From assembly GCA_963667725.2 (NCBI GenBank), contig CAXXHO010000003.1:2240001-2304000 (forward strand): DNA of 64,000 nt, given 5' to 3'. The notes under the pieces were generated by a model that saw only the letters and a list, made by a program, of their open reading frames with translations, ran no database searches and was not told the origin of the DNA. Positions 37,986 to 48,149 of this stretch are shown here, in pieces. This stretch comes from Treponemataceae bacterium. GTDB lineage: Bacteria; Spirochaetota; Spirochaetia; Treponematales; Rectinemataceae. The position numbers and the translations under genes are program-made. Numbering within the stretch: the stretch's first letter is position 1; every line of letters begins with the position of its first letter.

Positions 37986-39323
37986 TCAAGCGTCGATTTC
38001 AAGGAAAATCGGTTTTTCGGGCGAAATCATGCCGTCTTCAAGCGACACGACCTCGCCGGTAAAAAGATCGCGTCCGCGCAGCGGTCTGGGAAACTTGAGC
38101 GTCGAGGTCCATCCTTCCAGGTTCACGAGGACGGCGAAGCGCGCGACATCCGACGCCATGCCTGGCGCAGCCACACGTTCGAGCAAGAAGACGCCCTTGC
38201 CTACCTCAGTCCAGGAAAAACGCGGTCCCATCGCCTTGGCTTTTTTGCACGCGGCCAAAACCCTGATAAAATAATCGCGGAACGATCCATCGCCCGCGGC
38301 CCAATCGACGGGATTCTTCTCGAACAGGTCCGGCTTGCGCGCGATGGCGCATTCCTGCCCCATATAGGCGAAGGTAATCCCCGGGATGAACTGCATGAAC
38401 AAGGTCCAGGCTTCGAGCCTCGCCTCGCCGCCGTCCCGCGCGGTTCCCTCGCGGCCGAAACGCGCGGGCGCCCTCATCTGGTCATGATTTTCCAGGAACC
38501 TGACCTTGCGCGCCCGCGCCGGATACAGCGTTTCCTGAGTATACAGGTAGTCGAGATACTCGGCCGCGCCCCGTTCTCCCGCCCAAACCTTCTCCAGGCG
38601 TTCCCAGCCGTCGTAGTCGTAGGTCAAGTCGAAGACGCTGTGTAGCTCAGGCTCGGACCAGGCGCCATGGCCAGCCTCGCGCATTTTCTTCAAAAAATTC
38701 GGATGCACGCTCTCGGCGAGCCAAGCCAGCGGATATCGCTCGCGGCGCAGCCCCGGGTCGTACTGGTTCACGCGCTGCCTGGCCTGTTTCCAGAAATCCA
38801 CCGGCACAAGGGAAGCCACGTCGCAGCGGAAGCCGTCCACGCCCTCCTCCCGCCAGCCGACGAGTATGGACATAAGCTCCACCCAGAGCTGTGGCGAGGA
38901 GCCGTAATCCAGATCGACGACGTCTGACCAATCCGCGCATTTACGGCCGAGAGCCCCCGTGGAGGCCTCCCGCAGGAACCATTCGGGATTTTCGCGCGCC
39001 AGGACAGAATCGGGCGACGTATGGTTGTAGACGACATCCATCATCACCTTGAGCCCGAGACCGTGGGCGGCGGCCAAAAAAGCCCGGAAATCGTCCATCG
39101 TCCCGAGCGAGGGATCGATCGCCCTGTAATCCGCGATGGCGTAGGGGCTCCCTAGAGTGCCCTTGCGCGACTCCACCCCGATCGGGTGAATCGGCGTGAG
39201 ACAGATCCAGTCGAAGCCCATGGCAGCAACCCCCGCGAGGCGAGGCATCGCGGCGGTGAACGTGCCCTCAGGCGTGAAGTTTCTCAGGAATATTTGGTAG
39301 ATCGCGCTCGATTCATCGATCAT
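37986..39323 (-). CDS. cytoplasmic GH13 alpha-amylase-family glycosidase
   Basis: DVVYNH, GFRCDVA, WLAES and FLENHD catalytic regions. Confidence 0.93.
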   Translation of the reverse strand: MIDESSAIYQIFLRNFTPEGTFTAAMPRLAGVAAMGFDWICLTPIHPIGVESRKGTLGSPYAIADYRAIDPSLGTMDDFRAFLAAAHGLGLKVMMDVVYNHTSPDSVLARENPEWFLREASTGALGRKCADWSDVVDLDYGSSPQLWVELMSILVGWREEGVDGFRCDVASLVPVDFWKQARQRVNQYDPGLRRERYPLAWLAESVHPNFLKKMREAGHGAWSEPELHSVFDLTYDYDGWERLEKVWAGERGAAEYLDYLYTQETLYPARARKVRFLENHDQMRAPARFGREGTARDGGEARLEAWTLFMQFIPGITFAYMGQECAIARKPDLFEKNPVDWAAGDGSFRDYFIRVLAACKKAKAMGPRFSWTEVGKGVFLLERVAAPGMASDVARFAVLVNLEGWTSTLKFPRPLRGRDLFTGEVVSLEDGMISPEKPIFLEIDA

Positions 39324-40330
39324 GGTTGCCCTCGGTTGAGTATTGTCAGGATGATATTTATCATTGTGGTCATTTCTTCCGGCTTTGACACCGCAATCAG
39401 TAAGGTCAGGGTCGCGAGACCATCATTGCCGATTATACGTTCCCCATCTGCGCGATATAATAATCTGTTCCTTTCCAGGAAATACAAAAATAGAGCGGCG
39501 GCAATGCGTTTATTTCCGTCCACGAAAGAATGATTTTTAATGACAAGATACAAGAGCATTGCCGCTTTATGCTCGATCGAAGGATAGAGCTCTTTACCTC
39601 CAAAGCTTTGATACATCTGGTTCACTGAGCTATCGAAGCTGTTATCCTTTTGCTGGCCGAAGATGTTGGAATCGAATTCGTTTCTCATTTTCTCAACAAC
39701 CTGCAGAAATTCATCTTTACTTATGCTAACGGCTTTGATCGGCGATCTTCCCTTTGTCTCGAGTTTTTCGTGGTCGTAATCGTCAAGTATCGCGAGGCCA
39801 CTGGCGAAATCCGCAAGGATTTTAACGATCGATCTGGCTTCTTCAAAATTTTGAACTTCTGAAAGCAGGCTTCTCTCGACTAGACCTATGGATTCCTTCA
39901 ACTCCTGTAGCCGGCTTTGTTGTTCCATCAACCTTTTTTGATTGATGGTGTAGCCCTTGACCAGGTGCTCTTTGAGAATACGATTTGCCCAGATGCGAAA
40001 CTGAGTACCGCGCTTTGAATTGACGCGATAACCTACGGAGATGATCATATCGAGGTTGTAGTGGAGTATTTTACGGCTTACCTTCCTCGATCCTTCCTGT
40101 CGAACTTGTGAAAATTTTGCACAAGTTGCCGATTCCTCAAGCTCGTCGGTAGCGAGGATATTTCTGATATGCTTTACCACGGACGTACGATCAGTACCGA
40201 ACAATTCTTCCATCTGATATTGGGTCAGCCAGAGTGTGTCGGAAGCCAAGCGCACATCGGTTTGAATGCTGCCATCGGGCGCGTTGAAGATAACAATTTT
40301 TCCCCTGGAATCGGTGTCTGACATACTCAA
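39320..40330 (-). CDS. RhuM-family DNA-binding domain fused to a Fic/Doc domain
   Basis: YNLDMIISVGYRVNSKRGTQFRIWA (RhuM); HSFVDGNKRIA (Fic/Doc). Alternative start at 40324. Confidence 0.92.
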   Translation of the reverse strand: MSMSDTDSRGKIVIFNAPDGSIQTDVRLASDTLWLTQYQMEELFGTDRTSVVKHIRNILATDELEESATCAKFSQVRQEGSRKVSRKILHYNLDMIISVGYRVNSKRGTQFRIWANRILKEHLVKGYTINQKRLMEQQSRLQELKESIGLVERSLLSEVQNFEEARSIVKILADFASGLAILDDYDHEKLETKGRSPIKAVSISKDEFLQVVEKMRNEFDSNIFGQQKDNSFDSSVNQMYQSFGGKELYPSIEHKAAMLLYLVIKNHSFVDGNKRIAAALFLYFLERNRLLYRADGERIIGNDGLATLTLLIAVSKPEEMTTMINIILTILNRGQP

Positions 40331-40561
40331 ACCGCCTCCCGCAAATCAGTCTTTCCCGATTGTGCCTCATCGATCAGGACTGCGTAATTCCCACTGCGCT
40401 GACATCGCGTTCTCCTGAGCCGTTTTTACTATTTCTTCGTCATTATACGCTCAGGTCGGCATTCCCGCCAGCTTGGCTCCCATGATCGTGACTTTCGATT
40501 TGCCTATATATATTTTCTTTTATATATTATTAATCATACAGTGATCGCAAGGAGATCAAAA

Positions 40562-41185
40562 ATGAGTTCATGGAATACCCTGCCCAGCAGTGAAACAGTA
40601 GAAAAAACGGCCGCGGCTCTCAGAGCCAACGGCTTCGATGTCACCATAGCGGCCAATGCCGAGGAAGCCAAGCGCAAAGCGCTTGAATTCATACCGGCCA
40701 AGGCCGAGGTCTTCACCATGGCGTCGGCCACCGTCGACTCGATCGGGCTCTCGGCCGCGCTGAACGAGTCCGGCACCTACGATTCGGTGCGCGCGAAGCT
40801 GGGCGCGATGAACGGCGCCACCCAGGGCCGCGAGATGCGCAAGCTCGGAGCCGGACCCGACGTATCCGTGGGCTCAGTCCACGCCCTCACCGAGGACGGC
40901 AAGTTCCTTGTCGCTTCCCTCACCGGAAGCCAGCTTCCGGCCTATGCCTACGGAGCGGGCACCGCAATCTTCGTCGTCAGCACGAAGAAGATCGTCAAAA
41001 ATCTCGACGAAGCCTGGAATCGCCTCGTTGAGCATGTCGTGCCCCAGGAAAGCGCCAGGGCGCGCAAAGCCTATGGCCTGCCCGAGAGCTTTAACAGCGG
41101 CCCCTCGAAAGTGCTCATTTTCAACAAGGAAGTTCAGCCCGGACGAGTCAAGATCATCCTCATGAACGAGGACGCCGGCTTCTGA
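40562..41185 (+). CDS. LUD-domain (lactate utilisation/YkgG-like) protein
   Basis: ALRANGF, SVHALTEDG, GSQL, KKIVKNLDEA; AAGGAG RBS. Confidence 0.82.
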   Translation: MSSWNTLPSSETVEKTAAALRANGFDVTIAANAEEAKRKALEFIPAKAEVFTMASATVDSIGLSAALNESGTYDSVRAKLGAMNGATQGREMRKLGAGPDVSVGSVHALTEDGKFLVASLTGSQLPAYAYGAGTAIFVVSTKKIVKNLDEAWNRLVEHVVPQESARARKAYGLPESFNSGPSKVLIFNKEVQPGRVKIILMNEDAGF

Positions 41186-41227
41186 TTGGACTTGCGTCGC
41201 CGCGCTCCGGGACGCTACCATGAGGCC

Positions 41228-41626
41228 ATGGGAAATCTACTGGTAATTTTCGCGGGCGGGGGCTTAGGCGCCCTCGCCCGCTTTTTTCTGTCCCGCGCCG
41301 CTGGATCGCGCATCGGCACAGCTCTCCCCTTCGGAACCCTCTTCGTCAATGTGACAGGCTCTTTCCTTATCGGCCTCGTCCTGTCGCTCGTGGAAATGGC
41401 GGCCCTGCCCGCCCTATGGCGCCCCCTCGTCGCCGTCGGCTTCATCGGCGCCTACACCACCTTCTCCACCTACGCCTTCGAAACCGTCTCCCTCCTGCAG
41501 AAAAAGGCCTACGGTCCCGCTGTCTGGAACTTCTTCCTCAACAATGTCCTATCCATGGCCGCCATCGTGCTTGGAATGCTCGCCGCTTCCCTTCTGGCCG
41601 CGGCGCTGAAGGGTCAGCGGCCTTAG
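41228..41626 (+). CDS. crcB: fluoride efflux channel FluC
   Basis: GGGLGALAR, PFGTLFVN, GFIGAYTTFSTY. Confidence 0.95.
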   Translation: MGNLLVIFAGGGLGALARFFLSRAAGSRIGTALPFGTLFVNVTGSFLIGLVLSLVEMAALPALWRPLVAVGFIGAYTTFSTYAFETVSLLQKKAYGPAVWNFFLNNVLSMAAIVLGMLAASLLAAALKGQRP

Positions 41627-41639
41627 GCGCGAAGCCGGT

Positions 41640-42767
41640 TCAAGTCCTGGGCAAAATGTGCGCGGCTTTCCTGGAGAAGGAGAAGGACACGGTGTCGCCC
41701 ACCTTGTAGAACTCGCCGTCGATCGGATCGTAGGAAATAGCGAGGAGGGGTTTTTCGTAGCCCGTGTCGATTTCGTATTCGATGACGGAGCCGAGGTAGA
41801 CCGCCTTCGTCACTTTCCCTTCGCCAAAGACCTTCACGCTTTCAGCTCCGTCTGGGAGCTCGCCCGCCGACGCCTCCTCCGCCTTGCCCAGCCTCAGCGA
41901 TTCGGGCCTCAGGGTGAGCAGGGCTTCGTCGCCCGCCTTCAGTTCCCGATCGACGCTTCCGGCGAAAAGTTCCCTGCCGCGAGGATCGCGCACCTTCGGC
42001 GCGGCGCCCGTCTCGATCACCGTGACGGGGAAGAGATTAACCTTGCCGATAAAATCGGCGACGAATCTGCTCTTGGGTCTGGAGTAGACATCGAAGGGCG
42101 ATCCCACCTGCATGACGAGTCCTTTTTCCATGACGACGATCCTGTCGGAAACGGTCATCGCCTCAGACTGGTCGTGGGTGACATAGATGCTCGTGATTCC
42201 GAAGGTCTGTTGCACGCGCCGTATTTCCACGCGCATGGTTTCGCGCAACTTTGCGTCGAGGTTGGAGAGCGGTTCGTCGAAGAGAAGAACCCGCGGTCTG
42301 TTCACGACTGCCCTCGCGAGGGCGACGCGCTGCTGTTGGCCGCCCGAGAGCTGGTCTGGCCTGCGTTTTCCCAGCTCGGTGATGCCCATCACGTCCATGA
42401 CTTTCGCGGTTTCTTCGCGGATTTCCGCTTTTGGCCTTCCCTTCAGCTCCAGCCCGAATCCCACATTCTGCTCCACCGACATATGAGGAAATATCGCATA
42501 ACTTTGAAAAACCATGGTCGTGTCGCGTTTGTTGGGCGGCACATCGTTCACCATCTCGCCCGAGATCCATATTTCGCCCTTCGTAGGCGCCTCGAAGCCG
42601 GCCACCATACGCAGGGTCGTCGTCTTGCCGCAGCCGGAAGGCCCCAGCAGCGTGACAAATTCGCCTTCCTTTATCTCGAGGTTCATATCACGCACCGCGA
42701 GCATTATGCCGCCCGCGCGTTCGGGGTCGGCGAATTCCTTCGTTATGTTGACGAGTCGTACGCTCAT
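41640..42767 (-). CDS. ABC ATPase (FbpC/PotA-like)
   Basis: GPSGCGKTT, LSGGQQQR, LFDEP, TOBE-like tail. Confidence 0.95.
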   Translation of the reverse strand: MSVRLVNITKEFADPERAGGIMLAVRDMNLEIKEGEFVTLLGPSGCGKTTTLRMVAGFEAPTKGEIWISGEMVNDVPPNKRDTTMVFQSYAIFPHMSVEQNVGFGLELKGRPKAEIREETAKVMDVMGITELGKRRPDQLSGGQQQRVALARAVVNRPRVLLFDEPLSNLDAKLRETMRVEIRRVQQTFGITSIYVTHDQSEAMTVSDRIVVMEKGLVMQVGSPFDVYSRPKSRFVADFIGKVNLFPVTVIETGAAPKVRDPRGRELFAGSVDRELKAGDEALLTLRPESLRLGKAEEASAGELPDGAESVKVFGEGKVTKAVYLGSVIEYEIDTGYEKPLLAISYDPIDGEFYKVGDTVSFSFSRKAAHILPRT

Positions 42768-42776
42768 GGATTCTCC

Positions 42777-44468
42777 TCAGAAATGAAGCATGTTGCCGCC
42801 GAAACGGCCATATTGGGCTTTCAGTATAAGGCGAATGAGGCTGATCGCCACCCCGACGATGAGAACCAGCAGCACGCTGTAGGCTGCGGCCGCGCCAAGG
42901 TTGCCCGATTCCACCTGCGACATGATATGCACGGTCATGAGATTCCACCGCGAGGACACGAGGAAGATAGCCGCGCTCACCGCCGTCATGGCCCTCACGA
43001 AGGCGAAGACCAGCCCCGAGAAAAAAGCCGGCACGATCATGGGCAGCGTTATTTTCGAGAAAGTCCTGCGCGCGTCGGCGCCCAGGTCCACGGCAGCTTC
43101 CTCTATGGAAGGGTCGATCTGCTGGAGAATGGCCGTCCCCGACTCGATGCCGACGGGAATATACCTGAACACGAAGTTCAAAAGGAGGATGGCCAGCGTT
43201 CCCGTGAGCGCGAGCGGCTTATGGTTGAAGGCGAGGATGTAGCCGATGCCTATGACGGTGCCCGGCACGGCGAAGCTCAGGATGCTCATGGTCCCGATCA
43301 GTTTCTTGCCGGGAACCTTCGTCCTCACCACGAGGAAGGCTATCACCATGCCGAAGAGCCCCGCTATCGGCGTCGCGATGCCCGCAATCATCAAAGTATC
43401 GCGCACCGCCTTGAAGCCGACGCCGAACACGAACTTGTAGTGGTCGAAGGTGAGATGGTGGTCGTATCCCCACACCTTGGCGAGGGATCCGAGAAGGATG
43501 GAAAAGTAGATGAGTCCGACGAGGATGGACATGGCGAAACAGAACGCGAAGAGCCCCGTCCGCGCTCCCGCGCTCACGATCTTGCCAGAGGAAGCCTGAG
43601 GCTTGCCCGTCACCGTCGTGTATTTCTTGCGCCTTACTATGGCGCGCTGCAGAAAGAAGGCGGCCACCGAAGGCACGAGGAGAAAGACGGAAATGGCCGC
43701 GCCCTTGGGCAGGTCGTACATGCCTACGATCTGCAGGTAAGCCTGGACCGAGAGCACGGGAAACTTGCTTCCCGCGAGAATGAGAGGATTTCCAAAATCG
43801 GCCAACGTCTCCACGAAGAGCAGAAGAATGGAGCTGGCGATGCCTGGTACGGCCAGGGGAAGCGTGACCCTCGCGAAGACCTTGAAACGCGAGCCGCCGA
43901 GGTTGAGCGCCGCATCCTCCAGGACGGGATTCATCGACTCGAGGACGCCCTTCATAGTCAGGTAGGCGACGGGGAAGAATGTCACCACCTGGGCGAGGAA
44001 GAGCCCGTTGAAGCCGTAGATCGGGAAGTTGTTGATTTTCAGTAGGTTCCAGGTCACGAGGCCGTTGTTGCCGAAGAGCATGATGATGGCGAGGGCGCCG
44101 ATGAAGGGCGGCGAAACGATGGGGATGACGGCGATGATGTTGAAGAGCTTTTTTAAGGGCACGTTCGCCCGCGTCACGGCGAAGGCGAAGAGAAAACCAA
44201 TAAGCGTCCCCGCTACGGCCGTCAGCGCGCTCATCATGAAGCTATTGTAGAAGGCCTTTCGCAGATAGGCGGATTTAACGACATCCCGATAGATGTCGAG
44301 CGAATACCCCGCTTCCGTCCTGAAGCTCTGCAGCGCCACGCTCAGGATCGGCCAGACGACGAAGACCACGAGCGAGAGAAGGGTGAGGAGCGCGACGGCG
44401 AACAGCAGAGGATCGCGGGCAATCCGCTTGAGGTCGCCGATTGCCCGCGAAAATTTGGAGGTGGTCAC
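42777..44468 (-). CDS. ABC permease (FbpB/AfuB-like)
   Basis: Two EAA loops, ADFGNP, AVPGTVIG. Confidence 0.93.
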   Translation of the reverse strand: MTTSKFSRAIGDLKRIARDPLLFAVALLTLLSLVVFVVWPILSVALQSFRTEAGYSLDIYRDVVKSAYLRKAFYNSFMMSALTAVAGTLIGFLFAFAVTRANVPLKKLFNIIAVIPIVSPPFIGALAIIMLFGNNGLVTWNLLKINNFPIYGFNGLFLAQVVTFFPVAYLTMKGVLESMNPVLEDAALNLGGSRFKVFARVTLPLAVPGIASSILLLFVETLADFGNPLILAGSKFPVLSVQAYLQIVGMYDLPKGAAISVFLLVPSVAAFFLQRAIVRRKKYTTVTGKPQASSGKIVSAGARTGLFAFCFAMSILVGLIYFSILLGSLAKVWGYDHHLTFDHYKFVFGVGFKAVRDTLMIAGIATPIAGLFGMVIAFLVVRTKVPGKKLIGTMSILSFAVPGTVIGIGYILAFNHKPLALTGTLAILLLNFVFRYIPVGIESGTAILQQIDPSIEEAAVDLGADARRTFSKITLPMIVPAFFSGLVFAFVRAMTAVSAAIFLVSSRWNLMTVHIMSQVESGNLGAAAAYSVLLVLIVGVAISLIRLILKAQYGRFGGNMLHF

Positions 44469-44483
44469 GATTTTACGCTTCGA

Positions 44484-45491
44484 TCACTTCGCGGAGAGGA
44501 CTTCCTGCACCCACTTCTCCACGAGCCGTTTCTTGTTCTCGCCGGCCCAGATGGGATCGACTTCTATCGTCTTGAGGGATTCGAAATCCGGCATTCCTTT
44601 CCCGAGCTTCGCGCCGGCGATGACGGGATAGAAATAGGTCTGTTTCTCCGTCATGGAGTTCTGCCCCTGGACGGAGCTGAGCCAGTCGATAAGCGCCTGC
44701 GAGGCTTCGAGGTTTTTGGCGCCCTTGAGGATGGAGACGGCTGGCGCCTCGAACCAGACGCCTTCCTTCGGGAATACGACATCGACAGGGAATCCCTTTT
44801 CGATAGCTTCGAAGAAGGCGGGCGTGAACTGGAGGGCGATCGCGCACTGTCCTACCTGTACCGCCTTCGAGGGAGCGGTGCCCGAGGAGGTGTAGGTCTG
44901 AATGTTCGGGGCGAGCTTCTTCATATAGTCGTAGGCTTTCTGTTCGCCCATGAGGACGACGAGGGAGGCCACGACGTTGTACGCCGTGCCCGAGGACTGG
45001 GGCGAGGGCATCTGGATCTGCCCCTTGTAGGCGGGATTGAGCAGGTCGGCCCAGCTTGCCGGTTTGGGAGCGCCGATCCTGGAGAGGACTTCCCTGTTGA
45101 TGGCGAAGGCCATCGGGTTCATGTAGAAGGATCTCCAGTAACCGTCCAGATCCTTGAATTCCTTGCCCAGCTTGTCGAAGTTGGCGCCCTTGTAGGCCTG
45201 GGTGAGTTTTTCCGTCTTGGCGATTATGTGGTTCTCGCTCGGCGCGCCGAACCAGACATCGGCTTGGGGATTGGAGGATTCGGCCTTGATCCTGGCGTAG
45301 GCCGGTCCCGAGGAGAGCTGGACGAACTGGACATTTATGCCCGTATCGGCCGTGAAGGAGTCGAGAATTTTTTTGGCGTTCACCTCATCGACGCTGGAAT
45401 AGACGACGATGGTCTGCCCGGGCTTGGCGACGGCGGGGATGAGGGCGCAGAACAACATAAGCGACGCGAGCAGAAGGGCGATTTTCTTCAT
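44484..45491 (-). CDS. ABC substrate-binding protein (Fe3+/AfuA-like)
   Basis: Signal peptide, NPQADVWFG, PQSSGTA. Confidence 0.9.
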   Translation of the reverse strand: MKKIALLLASLMLFCALIPAVAKPGQTIVVYSSVDEVNAKKILDSFTADTGINVQFVQLSSGPAYARIKAESSNPQADVWFGAPSENHIIAKTEKLTQAYKGANFDKLGKEFKDLDGYWRSFYMNPMAFAINREVLSRIGAPKPASWADLLNPAYKGQIQMPSPQSSGTAYNVVASLVVLMGEQKAYDYMKKLAPNIQTYTSSGTAPSKAVQVGQCAIALQFTPAFFEAIEKGFPVDVVFPKEGVWFEAPAVSILKGAKNLEASQALIDWLSSVQGQNSMTEKQTYFYPVIAGAKLGKGMPDFESLKTIEVDPIWAGENKKRLVEKWVQEVLSAK

Positions 45492-45628
45492 AGCTGCCTC
45501 CGGCGAATGGATTGGGATTCGTTACGCTTTGAATGGTAGGAGCGTCGTTCGAATATGTCAAGAAAAATCCCCGTCCCCGGAATGCCTTCATTCTTGATTA
45601 TATATATTATTTCTAATATATTAAATTT

Positions 45629-46111
45629 ATGAATTCTACCCCCACCCTGAAGATATTGAGGGACAATGCCGTCCCGATTGCCGCCACAGTATTTGTCTTT
45701 ACCGTCGCGATTGGCGGAATATTCATACCCGAGATAGGTCTCGTCCTCGCCGCCCTCATGGCGGCAGCCATTGTCATGACGCTGAGAAAGCCGCGTTCCT
45801 TCTGCTCGACAGTCTGCCCGAGGGGAAAGGCGCTGGGGTATATAATGCGCGCGCCCTCGAAAAGGAAGGCCCTCCCCCGATTCATGCTGTCCATCAAGTT
45901 CCGCAGGCTTCTGTGCGGCTCGATGATGTTCTGCGTTATCGGCAGCCTTGTCAGAACGGGGGGCGAGATGCGCGAGGTCGGCTCTGTCTTCTGGGCGCTC
46001 TGCGCCCTCTCCCTTTCGGCCGGGCTCGCCCTTGGGTACTTTTTCAAGCCCCGCTCATGGTGCGCCATATGCCCGATGGGAACCCTGCAGGACACTATTT
46101 CGCGACGCTGA
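45629..46111 (+). CDS. small membrane 4Fe-4S-binding protein (NapH/Fer4_5-like)
   Basis: RSFCSTVCPRG and RSWCAICPMG after TM pairs. Confidence 0.8.
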   Translation: MNSTPTLKILRDNAVPIAATVFVFTVAIGGIFIPEIGLVLAALMAAAIVMTLRKPRSFCSTVCPRGKALGYIMRAPSKRKALPRFMLSIKFRRLLCGSMMFCVIGSLVRTGGEMREVGSVFWALCALSLSAGLALGYFFKPRSWCAICPMGTLQDTISRR

Positions 46112-46166
46112 TTCACGCTTCTGATAAAAATCCTGTCGATCCAGGAGTCCTGTTATCCTGTCCTCT

Positions 46167-47315
46167 CTAAATAAGCGGCGGAAGGTCGACCCAGCTCCTC
46201 GTCTTCCAGCTCTCAAGGCCCAGCTCAGCCAGCTGTACGCCCTTGGCGCCGGCGAGGAGATCCCAGGGGAAGGGATCGTCCTGGGCGACATGGAGAAGGA
46301 ATTTTTCCCACTGAACCTTGAAGGCGTTGTCGGCAAGGTCACGCGTGGGCACCGCTGCCCAATTTTCGAGATAATCGATCGAACTGGCGACATCGGGATT
46401 CCAGACGGGCTTGGGCGTCATGGCCTCGCTTTGTATGCTGCACTCGCGCAGGCCGGCCACCGCCGTTCCCTTCGTGCCGTCCACCTGCATGACGAAGAGA
46501 TCGTCGCGCCTCACCCTTACCGCCCAGGAGCTGTTGAACTGGCAAATGACGCCGTTCTTCAGCATGAAGGTTCCATAGGCTGCGTCCTCGGCCGTGCAGG
46601 CGTATTCCATGCCCTTCTCGTCGAGACGCTTATCGATATGGGTCGCGCCGAGGGCCGAAAGGGAAGCTATCTCCCCGAAGAGATTGTCGATGACATAGCG
46701 CCAGTGGCAGAACATGTCGATCATGATGCCGCCGCCATCTTCTTTCCTGTAGTTCCAGGAAGGCCGCTGGCAGGGCTGCGAATACCCGTCGAACACCCAG
46801 TAGCCGAATTCGCCCCGCACAGAGAGGATCTTGCCGAAAAACCCCGTGTCGATGAGGTATTTGAGTTTGAGAAGGCCGGGGAGCCAGAGCTTGTCCTGGA
46901 CGACGCCCTGCTTTACCCCGGCCGCCTTCGCAAGTTTGTAAAGCTTGAGCGCTTCGGTCGTGGTCGTAGCCGTTGGCTTTTCGCAGTAGATGGCCTTGCC
47001 CGCCTTGATGGCGCGCTCGATCCCCGCGGTCCGCTGGGCCGTGGTCTGCGAATCGAAGTATATTTCGTTGTAAGGGTCGGCGAGGGCGGCGTCCAGATCG
47101 GTGGTGAAGCGTGAGAGGGCGTAGGTTTTCGCGAGGGCGGCGAGCTTGCGTTCGTCGCGGCCGACGAGGATGGGGTCCGGCAGGAGCCTGGTTCCGTCGC
47201 GGAGCCGGACGCCGCCCTGGTCGCGGATCGCCAGAATGGAGCGCGCCAGGTGCTGGTTCGTCCCCATCCGCCCCGTGACGCCGTTCATTATGACACCTAT
47301 GGTTCTGTCGCTCAT
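46167..47315 (-). CDS. Gfo/Idh/MocA oxidoreductase
   Basis: NGVTGRMG, YCEKP, GGGIMIDMFCH. Confidence 0.92.
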   Translation of the reverse strand: MSDRTIGVIMNGVTGRMGTNQHLARSILAIRDQGGVRLRDGTRLLPDPILVGRDERKLAALAKTYALSRFTTDLDAALADPYNEIYFDSQTTAQRTAGIERAIKAGKAIYCEKPTATTTTEALKLYKLAKAAGVKQGVVQDKLWLPGLLKLKYLIDTGFFGKILSVRGEFGYWVFDGYSQPCQRPSWNYRKEDGGGIMIDMFCHWRYVIDNLFGEIASLSALGATHIDKRLDEKGMEYACTAEDAAYGTFMLKNGVICQFNSSWAVRVRRDDLFVMQVDGTKGTAVAGLRECSIQSEAMTPKPVWNPDVASSIDYLENWAAVPTRDLADNAFKVQWEKFLLHVAQDDPFPWDLLAGAKGVQLAELGLESWKTRSWVDLPPLI

Positions 47316-48130
47316 ACCTTTTCCTCCCAGGCTTTCCTGATCATTCCGAGAAATACGTTCTGATCCATGCTCCAGTAGCGGTCGGAGAAAATCTCCACTT
47401 CGACGAAGCCGGCAAAGCCCGCCTTTTCGACCCAGCTCCTGACGCGCGGGATGTCGATGCAGCCCTCGCCCATGAGGCCGCGGTCGTTGAGCATGTCGAC
47501 GGTGGGCGATTTCCAGTCGCAGACATGGAAGGCGAATATCTTTTCCATGGCGCCGCAGCGCGCGATTTCAGGTTCGAGTTCGGGATCCCACCAGGTATGG
47601 TAGACATCGACGGCGACGCCGAGCGATGGGCGATCGAAGCGCTCACAGAGGTCGTTGGCCTGCCTCATCGTGTTGACCACCGATCTCGTGTCCGTATACA
47701 TAGGGTGAAGAGGCTCGATGGCCAGCTTCACGCCGGCTTTTTCCGCCTCGGGGAGAACGGCCTCGAGACCGGCCTCGACTTGTTCGCGGGCCGCGCCAAG
47801 GGGGACGCGGGGATCGGCGCCGCAGACGAGGACGATGAGGGGAGCGCCGAGTTCGGCGCTGTCATGGATGAGGGAGATGTTGTCGGCGATTTTTTGCCGG
47901 CGCCTCGCCTCGTCCGCCGCGGGAAAGAAGCCTCCCCGAACCATGGAAACGACGCTCAACCCGGCCTGGCGTATGAGGGCGGCCGCTTTCGCCGGTTTCA
48001 TGCCCTCGATCGTCTCCTTCCAGACCGAGACGCCCGATACGCCGGCTTCCGCGTACTTGGCCACCGCGGTCTCGAGGGGCCAGGGTTTTGTCGTGAAGGT
48101 ATGGATCGCGAAGCGCGACAGGTCAGTCAT
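47312..48130 (-). CDS. sugar-phosphate isomerase/epimerase (xylose-isomerase-like TIM barrel)
   Basis: IEPLHP, DVYH, HVCD, DRGLMGEG, EVEIF. Confidence 0.9.
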   Translation of the reverse strand: MTDLSRFAIHTFTTKPWPLETAVAKYAEAGVSGVSVWKETIEGMKPAKAAALIRQAGLSVVSMVRGGFFPAADEARRRQKIADNISLIHDSAELGAPLIVLVCGADPRVPLGAAREQVEAGLEAVLPEAEKAGVKLAIEPLHPMYTDTRSVVNTMRQANDLCERFDRPSLGVAVDVYHTWWDPELEPEIARCGAMEKIFAFHVCDWKSPTVDMLNDRGLMGEGCIDIPRVRSWVEKAGFAGFVEVEIFSDRYWSMDQNVFLGMIRKAWEEKV

Positions 48131-48149
48131 TCAATCCTCCCGCAAGTTT

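Noticed and set aside
28200..40540. A single mobile element spanning both lower-GC tracts
   Set aside because: No integrase, transposase, tRNA or terminal repeats found, and a host-like amylase separates the tracts.
41186..41227. Fluoride riboswitch before crcB
   Set aside because: Only 42 bp are available, and no consensus elements are visible.
41658..44045. 795-aa plus-strand ORF (similar cases at 18620-20026, 21442-22602, 23192-24172)
   Set aside because: Antisense shadows of well-supported genes; no recognisable domains.
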